Assembly (NCBI RefSeq): GCF_009914755.1
Contig: NC_060942.1
Strand: one strand, 5' to 3'
DNA from: the human T2T-CHM13v2.0 reference genome, Homo sapiens
DNA: 64,000 nucleotides
Every line of letters starts with the position of its first letter. Within the stretch, counting starts at the first letter, position 1. This document shows, piece after piece, positions 13,465-27,957 of this stretch. The notes under the pieces were generated by a model that did no database searches, was not told the DNA's origin, and worked only from the letters and a program-made list of their open reading frames with translations. The translations under genes and the position numbers were made by a program.

Positions 13465-14080
13465 TTTTAAAAATTTTAACTTATGCTTAACATGCATCAG
13501 AAAGATACTCATATTCTAAGTATATAGCTTGCTGAATGTTTACAAACTGAACACACCTATGTGACCAGTGCCCAGACCAAGGAATGCACATCACCAGTGC
13601 CTTGATGCCCCTGCCATGCCGCCTTCTAGCCTCCTCTAGCCACAAAGGCAGCTACCACTCTGACTCCCAAGTATAGATGAGTTTTGCCTAGTTTTGCACT
13701 TTATGTAAATGGAATCATAAAGTATGAACTTGTTTGTGTCTGGCTTTCCATTTATGAAATTCATCCATACTCTTGTGTGTGGCTGTAGGTTATTCATTCT
13801 CATTGCTGTACAATAATCCACTGTGGAAATATACCACAATCTAGTTATTTACTCTACTGCTGATGGGCATTTGGGTAGTTTACAGTTTTAGCCATTACAA
13901 ATAGTGTTGCTATGAATATTCTAGCATGGGTCTTTTGGTAAACCTTTGTATGTGCTTCTATAGGGCCTATGCCTAACAGTGGGATTGCCAGGTAACAGGG
14001 CATGCATATGCTCAGCTTTAGTGGATACTGCCAAACACTTTTCCAAAGTAATCAAACTGCCTTTACTAGCCATGTGTGAG
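13465..14080 (-). mobile_element. Old L1 (L1ME/L1MC) 3' fragment
   Basis: gttttgcactttatgtaaatggaatcata, gatgggcatttgggtagttt, tgctatgaatattct. Confidence 0.8.
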
Positions 14081-15062
14081 AAGAGCTATTTCTTATTCTC
14101 TTTTAAGCCTCTGGCATAGGGAGGAATGAATATAAGTTATTCAGAAATGTCTGCTGAATGAGTAGAACGAGGACTTTCTTGGTGTTCACGTATCAGTGGA
14201 CCCAAGGATCCATGTGTGAATGAAATAGGTGGGGTTAATCTGACCTTAGTGTCCTTGGTAATCTGAATGTTCAGAAACTCTCCGTAGATGTTGAAAAAAA
14301 AAAGTTTTTTATTTTGAGTCCTGGTTGTGGAGGTTTGGCCCAATCACTACCTTCCTGGTTTCCCCATTACTTCATTAAATATCTGCAGTGGAAATTCATT
14401 TGGAGGAGGCCCTTGGCATTGTCAGCATGCAGAGCCTGGCTCTTTCCTCTCATCAGATATTTCTGCACAAGAAGCCAGAAAGTTGGAAGTTAGAGGCAAA
14501 TAAGAGTCAATCATGCAGCTTTGGAAGCTGTGGTCAGAGGAAGATGGATTAAGGAGAGCTGTAAAGGACTTCTACCCCATCAGAGGGCCACTTTGGGAGA
14601 AGGGGAGGAATGGCAGACAGGAGGAGGCCCCGTGGTCTCCACCAACTCTCACCACTTGCACATGCTACATCTTTTACATCTTTGATTCGCACCTCAGCAA
14701 AGACCCTGGAATTCAGAAGCCCTGGAGTTCATATAAGTGATGAGGCCATTGGGAACTCCTAGTGATTTAAAAAGAAATCAGTTCCATCAAAGAATATTGA
14801 AGTTCTTGCAAGGAGCCCCAGGGAATTTCTGATTCCACCATTCCTCATAGAAGGAAGCTCCCAGCACCTTCCCACTCCACTTCTCTGGATACTCACCAGG
14901 TTCAATGCTCCTTTTAAAATGTGGAGGCCAGAGGAAGGGGCTGCAAGCACTGCTGGGGCTAACACTTTCCCAGATAGGGATGTTAAAATTTTGTTAACAC
15001 CACATTAAGATTTTAATTTGCTCTCTTTTTTAGTAATTATATTACATTGTTAATTCATATTA

Positions 15063-15443
<381 letters not shown>

Positions 15444-16754
15444 TTAGCACCTGTGTAACAGTCACTGTTTTGTTTAAGTTAATTGCAATACTTTTTGTTT
15501 ATCTTTAATTTCATCTTGCAGGTTGTGACCTGGGGCCTTAGTCTGACCTTCAAGTTAAGGTAGCAAGTCCTGTTACTTTCTCCTCTTAACTTCTCAAATC
15601 CTCCTATTTCTTGGCAATGCTGTCTTTGCCTGCTCCCTCACCTGGAAGACTCTTCTCCTCTCTACAGCCCCACCCCAGCCTTAGCCTAGGTAATTCCTAC
15701 CTTTGCTTGCTCTGGAAGAACTTCCCCTTCTATATCCCTGCAGCCAAGGACTGTGATCCTTGGGAAGGCAGGTGAGCTGAAATCCAGGACATGTCATCAT
15801 AGACTCTTGGTGGACCCCCAGCAGGTAAGGAGCACTTCGTGGGCATCAGCATAGCTGGGGAGACAAGGTGGGCCCCCAGCTCTCCTTCCCATCCCCAGAT
15901 GCACCAGTAGAACAGGAAGAAAGGAGTTTGGCACTTGAGGTGCATGCCTAAAAGTCTCCTCATGCTGAGCCTATGCTTCCTCTGGTGAGACAGTCCTATG
16001 GAGAATAAAATGCTGGCTGTCATATTGAAGGGGCTTTGAAGAAAAGCACTAACTATGAATATGGAGAAAGCCCTCATACTGCTTACAATCCAGCTGAAGA
16101 GATCACCAAAGTAGGGTTTCTCTTGGGAAGCAGTGGGAGTACATAATTGGAAAATATCCTTCCCTCCTTCTCTCCTTCCCTTCCTCCCTTCCTTCCCCCT
16201 TCCTTTCCTTCCATATTTATTGAAAACTCAGTAAGAGTCTTGTACTTTGCTAAACCCTAAGAACATGGCAGTGAATGAGACAGTCATGACACAAGCCCTT
16301 GTGGGCTGACAGTGTAAAGTGAGATTCAGAAACTAAACAAGTTGCTTGATGAGTTATGTAAAGACAGTTGTGACAAGGAACTGAAAGAGATGTACAGGGT
16401 GCAATAAGAGCATAGAGCTGGGAGCCTTGACCTAGTCTGGAAATGCTAGAGAAATCTTGGAGAAAGGGATATTGAAGCTGAGTTCTGAAGGACAAGCAGC
16501 TCCTGTTGCGCTGTTTTACCACCTGATTTTGATAAGGTAAGCTTTTATTGAAAGAAAGACCAAAAGTAAACATTTGAGAGCCTCTTATCCAGTCTGACAC
16601 ATCCACTCTATAAATTCAAAGGTTGACTTGGGTAAGACAGACATCATCAGTTGATAGGCCTGTGACTGACTCTGGTTTCTGTGTAGTAGCCATTCCCTAA
16701 GTGTTACCTCCAATGATAGTAATCATACTATTAGTGATAATCTTACTATTATTA

Positions 16755-17278
<524 letters not shown>

Positions 17279-17705
17279 TCAATCCAAGATTCTAAGCCCT
17301 CATAAAAGAATGGAGAAAAGAATGGGGTTCAAGACTGGGCTAGAAGAGAGTTACAGGGAATGGGTGTCCCCACAGTGTCAGACTCAGAATGAAAGCCTTC
17401 CATCAACAGTGGGTGCCTCAGTTTTGGAAGGCTCTAGCCAAGACTTGATGCCTAGCAGTTCCTGCTGTGAGTGGCATGCTGGGTCAGTTCACCTCACTGG
17501 AAGGCTGAGATTGTCTGAGAACCTGATGTTCTAACATGAGTCTTTTAGGAGGTGAGAGTGTGGAATGAAAAATGAATAAATAAGAAATGGAATGAGGTAT
17601 AGACTTTGAGAGTGGGGTGACTATAAACTAAAGGAGTGAGATGTTGGGGAAATGGATTCCAGGGACAAAGAGATTGACCCAGAGAAGATATATTGGTCTT
17701 GGGAT

Positions 17706-17890
17706 TGAAAACAGAAGTGGGAGAATATGGTAGAATGTGGCTCTCCCTAGAAAATTGTCAGAAATCTCAGTTGGTTCTCAGTCTTGGGGGATTAGGAGCA
17801 ATTCTGCCTAAGGCAGGGGGTTGGACCAGATGACCCCTCAGGATTCCTTCTCTCCTGATGATGCTGGGAAGACATTTCTCATTGTCTTGA
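17706..17890 (+). repeat. Dispersed direct repeat, copy B (probable donor)
   Basis: Matches 13138-13323; includes MIR-like ggggttggaccagatgacc. Confidence 0.92.
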
Positions 17891-17899
17891 CAGTCCTGA

Positions 17900-18320
17900 A
17901 ATGTCTTTTCTTAATGGGGAATTTATCTGCTGGATCCAGTTTAACTGTTGCATTTGTATTTTATACATGCACCTGCCCTGGGGCAATGGTTACATTTTAA
18001 ATAAATCAAATAAATCAATAAATATGATACGCCTCACTTTAATCATTACATAATGCAAAAAATTATGATAATACCACATTAAGTTGCAAATTAAGACACG
18101 TAAAAGTAAGAAAATGTGGAAATGAATGTTCTCCCAGCAACATTAACTCCCCTGCCTTGTGATGTGGTATAATAAAGTCTATATTTATATCTGCCTACCT
18201 AGCAGTCTCTCATTCAGCACGGGCCAATGTGGGAGATTATTGCCAATTTAACCTTAACTTTTGTGTCTGATGGCTTGTTGTAAATGTGCTGTCTTAATTG
18301 AAGCATTAGCCTGGCTCCTG
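17900..18320. promoter_or_regulatory. Candidate enhancer / conserved non-coding element
   Basis: No recognisable repeat, AT-rich, dense TAAT cores, AAATCAATA, ATTACATAAT; conservation not testable here. Confidence 0.35.
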
Positions 18321-21300
18321 CAAGGAAGATAGAAGGGTGCAATATTGGGTTCCCAGGCTTTGAGCGAGATTGCCTGGGCTTGGCATCTCAGTTCTGTCTC
18401 TGAGACAGAGTTCTGTCTATCTGAGTTCTGTCTATGGAAACTGCCCATTAGCTCAGTTCTTTGTACCTCCTTTTTTCAACTGTCTGCAGCATCTGGATCT
18501 TAGATTCTCACCATCCTCCACAATAGCTTCAACCAGGTTACTCCCATTATTATCTTATTGTGGTTCATTTATTATATAATTTTGAGAAAAAGTGTTCTGT
18601 TGCTCAAAATAATTTTCCAAGGACAGCTCTAGTTCTAATATTTCAGATGAGAAAATCAGGGAGGCGAAGTAACTTGGCCAAGGTCACAGCTGGTACTATC
18701 ACGGAGACCCTCCACCTCAGGCTATGACTCCCATGCAGGCCAGCCACTTTCCACTGCTCTTGTTCTTGCCCCCACCTAAAAGCTGCCTTCTGAACAGTGC
18801 ATGGCTCCTGGTTAGCATCTGCTGCGGAAGGACAGACTGGGCATGTGCATGCAAGACAGAAGAGGTTCCCAGAGCAGTAAGGGCTGATAGGAAAATCATA
18901 GGTGTTGGAGTTAGGTGGTTACAGATTCCAGCTCCACTGTCATGTGACCTTGGACCATTTAAAGAAACCTCAGTTTCTTCTGTAAAATGATGGAAGAGAG
19001 TCCAATCTTTTAGGATTCAGTGAAATAATGTGTATTAAATACCCATCAGAGTGCCAGGCTCTTGGCGTGCACTAAAGAAATGTAAGCTGAGTTTTTTTTT
19101 TTAAAATGCTCTGATTTAAAGTATGAGTATCTTTCCCCAATTTCCCTTGAGCCACCTGAAATTCCATCAGTAATGACACATTTAAATAGGTCAATCATTT
19201 TTCTCTCCCCATTAAATAACCTTACCACTCTTTTGACTTGCAGAGACTTTAAAAGATGTTGATATTCTAAGCTCTCAACACCTCAAATGGCTCCTCATTG
19301 CCTATGGGATCAATTAAAATGCTTTACTCTGCAGTCTGCCAACATGCCAGATAGACAGGGCAACTCTTTACTCTCCGAACATCTTTTTGGCTTTTGCATC
19401 TCTATGCCTTTTCTCCTACTGCTTCCTCCTCCTGGAACACCCTCTCTAGTCTCCCTTCTCCCTTGTACTCCCTTCTACACTGCTGTCTCTCCACTGATCA
19501 ACATTAAATCTACCCTTCAGGGCTAAATTCAAATAGCAGATCTTCTCTATAAATCTGTCCAGATTTCCCCAGACTCACGTGCCATCTTCCAGTTTCCTGT
19601 CCCAAGAGCTGTATTGCTTCACAAATGACTATTGTTTTACTTTCCCGTATGGATTGGTGTGTCCCTTCCACTAGGTCTATGAGGACAGGAATCAGATCTG
19701 AACAGACAACTGTTTGAGGATAGGAATCAGATCTTCCTCAGCTTTACCACCCTTGCAGTAATGATGAGCACAGAGACTTCCATGCTGGGCAAATACTGAA
19801 TTGAATCAAAACTTAAATGTTATCAGCTCTATGCTTACTCTCACATGACAGGAGAGGCAGAAGCAGGAGAATTGCACTGGGTCCTAAGGGAAGGGTGGTG
19901 GGTGGGAGAATCCAGAGGGGCTATAAAGGCCAAATTGAATGTTGAAGTCCAAGCTATTGGGCACCACAGTCTTGCCAAGGGTGGGATCTGCAGAAATGGA
20001 ACTAAGAACCTCACCAAAATCAACCAGGGCCCAAGAGAAACGGATGATGGTTGTGTTGTTTACAGCTTCATTATTTCTGTGCAATCTTTTGGAAGCTCAT
20101 CAGTGTAATTATCCCAGCCTCTTACCAAGGCCTGGAGTTTTGAAGTCCCAGGGATGGCATTATTTGGGCTCAAACTGGGGGAAGTGCAATTTGTTTTTCC
20201 TGTTGTTTTACTCAAAAACTACTGAATGGGGTTCATAATCACACTTGAGCTGCACCCTAAGGAGCCTTGTGTTTTATAGGCCCCACTTCCTGGAAGGAGG
20301 GGACAGGTACAGGATTGAGACAGTGACTTCCTGCTTCCTGTAAGAACCATACAAGGGATATAAAGCTCACAGCAACACCAAGACATGAGGCTTCTGTGGG
20401 CAGAGTGTTGTGCCAGGTACCGAAGGTGACATCAAAGAAATAGAAGAGATACTCCCTGTTTGTCGGGAACTTACGCTGAACCAGGTCCTGTCTTAGCTAA
20501 TTAGCCCCATAGCAAGAATTTATTGAGCACCAGTTGCATGCATGAAATTGTGCTAGAAGAAACTAGTTGTGATGAAACTATGCAATTGGTATTCGGTCTC
20601 CAGGGCTACCCTCTTGTCCTTGTGAGCTGTCTTCTCCCTTTCACCTGTTCCCAGGTGCCCAGGAGGGCTTTAGTTACATGTAATCCAGGCCAGCAGGCCA
20701 TCCCTTGGCATGTGAGTGCATGTGTGAATTGCTGGGTTCCCCTTTCCACATCATTTGCAGCTTCAAACAGACCTTCTTTGGGAGTGACCACAAATATAGA
20801 ACCCCAATTCTGGGTCACTCACTATGCCAGGATTTTTGTCCTCAAATTATAAAATATTTCAAAGGTGCAGAAAAGTGCAGAGGGTATAAACTCTATCTAC
20901 CCAGAATTAACACGTGCTAGTATTTGGTCATATTGGTTTTAGATCTTTCTTTAAAACAAACAAACAAAAAAACAGAACCTCACATGTATACTTAAATTCT
21001 TCCTAGAACCCTCCCTGATACATTACCTCATTTAACTCTTATAATAGCCCACTTGCTTTAATTGTTTTCTCCTTTTGCTAAAGAGTGAAGTTGAGCCTCA
21101 GCAAAGGTAAACAAGGCTGAATACATAGAGCTTATAAGTGGGACAGTAAGCATCAAACTTAGCCCTCGCTCACCTCTGAAGTCCACATCCTTTCAACCTG
21201 CCCACTACTCTAAATTTTTTTCCTAAGAAGGAAGAAAGACTATATTCTTTGGTTAAAGGATTTTGGAAAACAGCTAGCAGACAAATAATTGTGTCTTTGC

Positions 21301-21632
21301 AGCAGAGAGAAGGGGTCTCTCCCTGAGAAACTGCACTGCTCCCCACCCACCCTCCCCTCTCTCAAAGCCCCTTGCAAAACCCCAACCATTGGTAAGTTAG
21401 TTAAAATCACAGACAGCCCAAGCATATGTACATATTAGATCTTCTCTCTTTCCTTTAGGGAATTTAAAGGAGGAAATTAAAATCACCTGATGGACAAAAG
21501 TGAACGCTGTGGGTTTGTTTCTACTGCGATTCTTGTCAGTGGATGGTCACTCATACCAGCTGCATCCACCAAGCTGATGTGAAGGAGTTGGAGTCAGCAC
21601 TTGCTAATTTTGAAGCTGTGTAAATGAGTCAC

Positions 21633-21918
21633 TGTATTAAGGGAGGATGTCTTCTGCTGCAAAGAATAGGAAATATGACTCATGGTGGCATGAAAAGCAC
21701 TCCTTTAGTTATCTCCAGTCGTGTAAGGCCAAGAGGTGAAGGATTCTGAGAGGAGGTTCAGGTACACATTGTCCAGGGCTGGTTCTGAGCCCAGCACTGT
21801 CATCAAGGACATAGGCTCCTGCCTCCTTTCAGTGACATCATCCTTGGAATATTTTTTTGGTCCTCATATTTGTTGCCTCATAGTCCCAAACTGGATGCAG
21901 CAGCTCCAGGCATTGTAG
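21633..21918 (-). mobile_element. MLT1K/L-like LTR fragment
   Basis: gtcatcaaggacataggctcc; gcctcatagtcccaaactggatgcagcagctccaggcat. Confidence 0.6.
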
Positions 21919-21924
21919 CAACAA

Positions 21925-22228
21925 TGTTGGTTAAGGGGTACAAAATTTCAGTTAGACAGGAGGAATATGTTTTTGAGATCTATGGCATAGAATGGTGACT
22001 ATAGTTAATAATACTGTGATGTATATTTGAAAATTGCTAAGAGATTTTAAATGTTCGTACCATGCAAAAACATAAGTATGTGAGGTAATAGGTATTTTAA
22101 TTACTTTGATTTAATCATTCCATAATGTGTGTGTGTGTATATATATACATACACACACACACACACGATATGTATACATTATGGAATGATTTTACTCCAT
22201 AAACATAGAAATTATTTCTCAATTAAAA
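21925..22228 (+). mobile_element. L1MA-type 3' end fragment
   Basis: gggtacaaaatttcagttagacaggaggaata...atggtgactatagttaataata...gaaaattgctaagag. Confidence 0.85.
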
Positions 22229-22240
22229 TGCATATTCCTG

Positions 22241-22572
<332 letters not shown>

Positions 22573-22945
22573 TCAGGATCTCAGGGAACGGAGCCTAAGA
22601 ATGCATGGTTTACCAATACCCTCCTCCCCTTAGGTGGTTCAGATGAAGCCATCTTCACACTGTTTGGGGCTGGGAGCTGCTGGTGCAGGAGTAGCAGAGT
22701 ATGGTAGAGAGAACAGTGAGGGCAGGTGAGGAGGCCAGATCTCAGCTCTGGCTGTGGTCTGCAGTGACTGGTCACTCTGCTTCGTGGTGCCTGCTGACTA
22801 CCTCAGATCTGAGATGGCGTGTCCTTCCAGCCTTTAGGTCAGAGTCAAGGCTCCACGCTGCCTCCCTAGTTTTATCTCCATGCTGCTTTGTTCACTGGTC
22901 CTGCCTCTTTTCCACATCTGTACCTTCTTTCCTTAGATCATGATA

Positions 22946-22992
22946 TCCATCCATCCATCCATCCATCCATCCATCCATCCATCCATCCATCC
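22946..22992. repeat. (CCAT)n tetranucleotide STR
   Basis: About 11 perfect units. Confidence 0.97.
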
Positions 22993-23340
22993 AAAACTGC
23001 TTACTGAAGGCTGACAACTTTCTCTCTTGCCTTTACCATCCTTTCTTTGTGTCTCTGCTTATTTAAATCCTGCCTAGCTCCTTTTTGAAGCTTTTTAAAT
23101 GGTCATTGTCCCACCCACCCACAACCCTGTCCTCTGATTCTTTCCCACTCTTATCTTGAACACCTTAATAGCATCATCTTTATTCCACATTCAGCAACTC
23201 TTGATTGAGCATCTCTGCTGCTCAGGGAAAGTTCTAGATTCTGGGAACACAAACAAAGACATACATCACAGACCCTCAGAGCAGCTTCCAGTTCAGTCTT
23301 GGTTTGGTCTCTTTTTACAAAGGTGTTTAAAAAAATTATA

Positions 23341-23545
23341 CCAGCCTGGGAAACATAGCAAGACCCTGTCTCTAAAATATATTGGCCAGGTGTGGTGGTT
23401 TGCACCTGTAGTCCCAGTTACTTAAGAGCCTGAGGCAGGAGGATCACTTGAGCCCAGGAGTTTGGGGCTGTAGTAAGCCATGATTGCACCATTCCACTCC
23501 AGCCTAGGTGACAAAGTGAGACCCTGTCTTTAAAAAGAAAAAATA
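23341..23545 (+). mobile_element. 5'-truncated AluJ
   Basis: catagcaagaccctgtctct, ggatcacttgagcccaggagttt, gccatgattgcacca. Confidence 0.9.
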
Positions 23546-23564
23546 AAGGAAAATTATAAAAAGA

Positions 23565-23700
23565 GAAACTTTCAGCTTTTGGTTCTGCATGTAAGGAGCT
23601 TAGAGGTTGCCACTGTGTCCTAACAGCAAGTAAAAAGCTTAACAAACTGAAAAACAATACACTGTTGTAAGAAATTCCCATAGAACGCAGTGTATAAAGT
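23565..23700 (+). mobile_element. Possible old L1 (L1M4/L1MC) 5' UTR fragment
   Basis: catgtaaggagctt...gtcctaacagcaagtaaaaagcttaacaaactgaaaa. Confidence 0.5.
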
Positions 23701-25152
23701 GAAAAGCAAAAACAAAACTTTGTTCTCCTGCTCCCTTCTTGTATTTCCAGTCTCCAGAGGTAACTGGGAATACCAGTGTCTTGTGTGTCTCTTCCAGAAA
23801 TGTACCAAACCTTCGCATTTTTCTCTAATGGTTTTGTGTATGAGTCCCCTTCTCCCAGTTGGGTTGAAAGCACCATGGGAGGGGGACTCAGTTTTCTCCC
23901 ACGTCCCTCCATATCACCCTTCACAGGCCTGGGCACACAGGGGTGACCCGTACTAATAGACTGACATCAAATTCAGGGACTGAGAAAACTCTTTGGGGAC
24001 CTTGTACAGATCTGGTAGCATTACCTGTGTGAAGCTTCCTGCCCATTTAGAGCGTAAGCCTCCGGAGGACAGGCCACCCAGCCTGTGTTCAGACCCCTTC
24101 CAGGCCTATGACTCTCTGGCTTGCCTCTCCCTAGGCTGGAGCTTTTGGACATTCCCTGGGTTACACAGGGGCCAGCCCCTGAAGCAAGAGCTTCTCCAAC
24201 CAGCCATTTACCCCATTCCACTTGTCTCATCTAAGGAGTATCATAGGCCAGGCTTCATTGCAGGTATGATGCAGCTTGTAAGGCATGCGGGGGCCAGTGG
24301 ATGTGGTATTCTGTGGAAGCCCAGGAGGGAAGGTTGAGCTGTCGGAATGAGAGAGATGGAGAGGGAGCAGGGGAGAGCAGGAGTATCAGAATGAGTGATG
24401 TGCAATGTTCAGGGGTCAGCGCATTACAAAATGATTCTCGTTAATTATTCAGAGCCCGCCATCTATTGTATGGCAGGTGTGGACAGCTAGGATGGGATGC
24501 CTGCCTTTTTCTCTGAGCCACTGAAAGAGGGAAGGGTGGGGTCGTCTTGGATCAGTCTTAGGAGGGTGAGTCTGGGGGTGACTTCAGTATGGCAGTTCCT
24601 GGAAGGGTAGGACTAGCTAAGCAAGTCTCTCCACCTTTGAGATTTCTGGCATTCTATGCTGGTGGAACTGACACATGGGCTCTGTACTAGGTAGAAGGCA
24701 GAGAGAAAAATCTCCCCCAAGAATACAACTTAAAACACAATCATGCTCAGGCAGGCTAAAGCTATCTGTTCAAGCAGAGTAAATAGAAGTAAATAGAGCT
24801 GAGAAAGAGAAACTTCCTCTCTGGCTCTTGCCTTTTTCTGAAATATCTCTCTCCCCCAAGTCAAGTCTAACCATCTCTCTGTGTCCAGCATTAGCCGGCC
24901 TACCTGGCAGGTGTTCTGTCCCCAGCTGGAGCACTGGAGGGCTGCACAGCTTGGCCTTGGGTTTTGCACGGAGTCCTTTGGCCTCTCCTTGTTCATGACA
25001 GCATGTCTCATCTGCCCAGTTCAAGGAAGAGGCCTCCCTAACACCGAGTCAGGCACATTAGTAGCTGGAGAGATATTTTGTTTTTTTTTTTTTTCCTTGG
25101 GTTGAACGAAACTGTTGTCAGAGAAGGACCAGAGAAGAAGGTGTTGAGGAGA

Positions 25153-25491
<339 letters not shown>

Positions 25492-27069
25492 TCACAGAGT
25501 GGAGGCAGCATGGTGGTGGCTGGCTGAGTGGGGCTGGAATGAAATATTCTTGGCCTGCCGTTGGAGAGCGGGGCAAATTGGGCAAATTCATTAATCTTGC
25601 TGAGCCTCAGCTTTCTCATCTGTAAAGTTGGGCTAGAACTAGTAGCTCCTGTGAGGACTCAAAGAGATGATGCTTATGAAGTGCCCAGCACAGGGCAGCA
25701 TGTGGACGTGGTGGCTGTTCATGTGTGCCCTGCTTGGGTGACCACCAAGTTCAGGTAATGGTCCTCCAAGGGAAGTGGTGGCAAGCGCTTTCCTCATCTA
25801 AAGGCCTTACCTGGAGAAAATTCTGTCACCTGGTAAAGAAACGTTAGATATTGAGAGCTGGTGAAGTGACTGGGGGCGGAGGCCTTCCTGGTCCCCCTGG
25901 GAGGGAGCCACCCAGACCAGCTGAGCCTGCAGCCTCCTTTCCTTGGGCCAGTCCAATTCCATTCTCACCTGGGACTGAACCTGTTGCCCTTGGAAGGAAT
26001 TTTAACATTGGGAAAAGCAAACAAACAAGGCATCCACCTAGCAAGGCACCTGGTGAGCAGACAGACCACTGGCTCCAGGCAGCTGGAGACCTGCTTCTGG
26101 CCCTGGCTCTGGAGCTGACTGTCTGTGTGATCCTGAATGCCTTGCATTTCCTCCTGTGTCTCGGTATATTCATCTTTCAAATGAGAGAGGTGGATGAGTT
26201 CACACTTGCCAACTTTAACAGTCACGTAGGTGGTTGGCTATTTGAAGATTCCATGGAACTGAAGTGAAAAATCCACAATGTTCCTTGAAACCAGGGGCAG
26301 CAGTGATGAGTGAGGCTGAATTTTATAGGTAGGAGGCGGGTCTATATTTACATATCTTGCAATTAGGAGGGGTCTGTATTTATATTTCTTGTGTGGGTTT
26401 GGTTTTGTTTCCTCTTCAAATTGCATCTCTTCCCTGGATCCTTTACAAACTTCTAGGAAGAGAAAGGAAGGTCTCTCTTCCTGGTTCATCATCTCACCAA
26501 TGTACTTATTTGTGGCCGTGTGGAGTGTGCATATTTAATCTTGTCTGGTTATGCTTCCGATGTTTCCAATTCAAATGCCCGAACAGTCTCTGCGCATCTA
26601 TTCGAACCATGCCTTTATGCTCCATGTTGGAACAGAAGCCCGTTGAGTACACAGCCTGTCTGCTGTTGTATGGGGCCGATCTTAGTGTTTAGCAGCAAGC
26701 TGTGGAGCTTCCAAGTACCCAAGGAACACCAACTGCAGATGCAGCCCCGTTCCAAGCCAAGGGTCTACAGACGTGTAGAAGCAAATCTCTTGCCAAGAAC
26801 CCTCCCCATCTGGATGTAACACTTTTAGTGTGCTAGCAGATTTCTTTCACTAGATTTCAGTCCCCGTGTTGTGGGGATTTGGCTCTTTTGACCTGTGTGT
26901 ACCAGCGCCTGTTGCAGTATCAGACACAGAATGGGTGCTTAACAAATGTTTGTTAGAGAACGAATAAAAGGATGGTCTTTGCAACTCAATGTACTCACAC
27001 AGTGAGGAAACAAAGTAGTAGGACTATCTGATATTTACTGAGTGCTTAGGAAATGTCAGGAATTCTCAA

Positions 27070-27120
<51 letters not shown>
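27070..27120. repeat. Compound (CT)n(GT)n microsatellite in place of an Alu tail
   Basis: Read directly; abuts the 3' end of the minus-strand Alu. Confidence 0.95.
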
Positions 27121-27121
<1 letters not shown>

Positions 27122-27124
<3 letters not shown>

Positions 27125-27957
27125 GAGAGACAGGGTCTCACTCTGTTGCCCAGGCTGGAGTGCAGTGGCATGATCCTAGCTCACGCAACCTCCATCTCCT
27201 GGGCTCAAGGAACCCTTCTACCCTAGTAGCTAGGAATACAGGGGCATGTTACCACACCTGACTAATTTTTAAAATGTTTTGTAGAGATGGGGGTCTATAT
27301 TAGGGTTCTCTAGAGGGACAGAGCTTACTAGGATAGATCTACATATGAAGGGGTGAAGGGGAGTTAATTAAGGAGTATTGACTCACATGATCACAAGATA
27401 AAGTCCCACAATAGGCCATCTGCAAGCTGAGGAGTAAAGAAGCCAGTCTGAGTCCTCAAACCTCAAAAGTAGGGAAGCCAACAGTGCAGTCTTCAGTCTG
27501 TGGCTGAAGGCCTGAGAGCCCCTGGCAAACCACTGGTGTAAATCCAAGAGTCCAAAAGCTGAAGAAGTTGGAGTCTGATGTTTGAGGGCAAGATGCATCC
27601 AGCACGGGAGAAAGAGGAAGGCTGGGAGACCCAGCAAGTCTGCTCCTCCGTCTTCCCCTGCCTGCTTTATTTCTAGCTGCGCTGGCAGCTGATTAGATGG
27701 TGCCCACCCAGATTGAGGGTGGGTCTGTCTCTCCCAGTCTGCTGACTCAAATGTTAATCTGCTTTGGCAACACCCTCACAGACACCCAGGAACAATACTT
27801 TGCATCCTTCAATGCAATCAGGTTGACACTCAATATTACCCATCACGGGGTCTCACTGTGTTTACCAGGCTGGTCTTGAAGTCCTGGCTTCAAGCAATCC
27901 TCCCACCTCAGCCTCCCAAAGTGTTGGGACTATAGGCATGAGCCACCACACCCAGCC
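27122..27957 (-). mobile_element. AluJ split in two by an LTR (27122-27295 and 27848-27957)
   Basis: The halves join at gtagagatgggggtc|tcactgtgtttaccaggctgg. Confidence 0.92.
27296..27847 (-). mobile_element. MLT2A (HERV-L) solo LTR
   Basis: tattagggttctctagagggacaga...tactttgcatccttcaatgcaatcaggttgacactcaatatta..catcac; 5-bp TSD gggtc. Confidence 0.9.

Noticed and set aside
19680-19734. CRISPR-like repeat-spacer-repeat
   Set aside because: Only two repeats, a 15-nt spacer, mammalian context and no cas genes
26189-26199. gtggatgagtt matching the L1 transduced tag
   Set aside because: Only 11 nt, with no adjacent AATAAA or L1; likely chance
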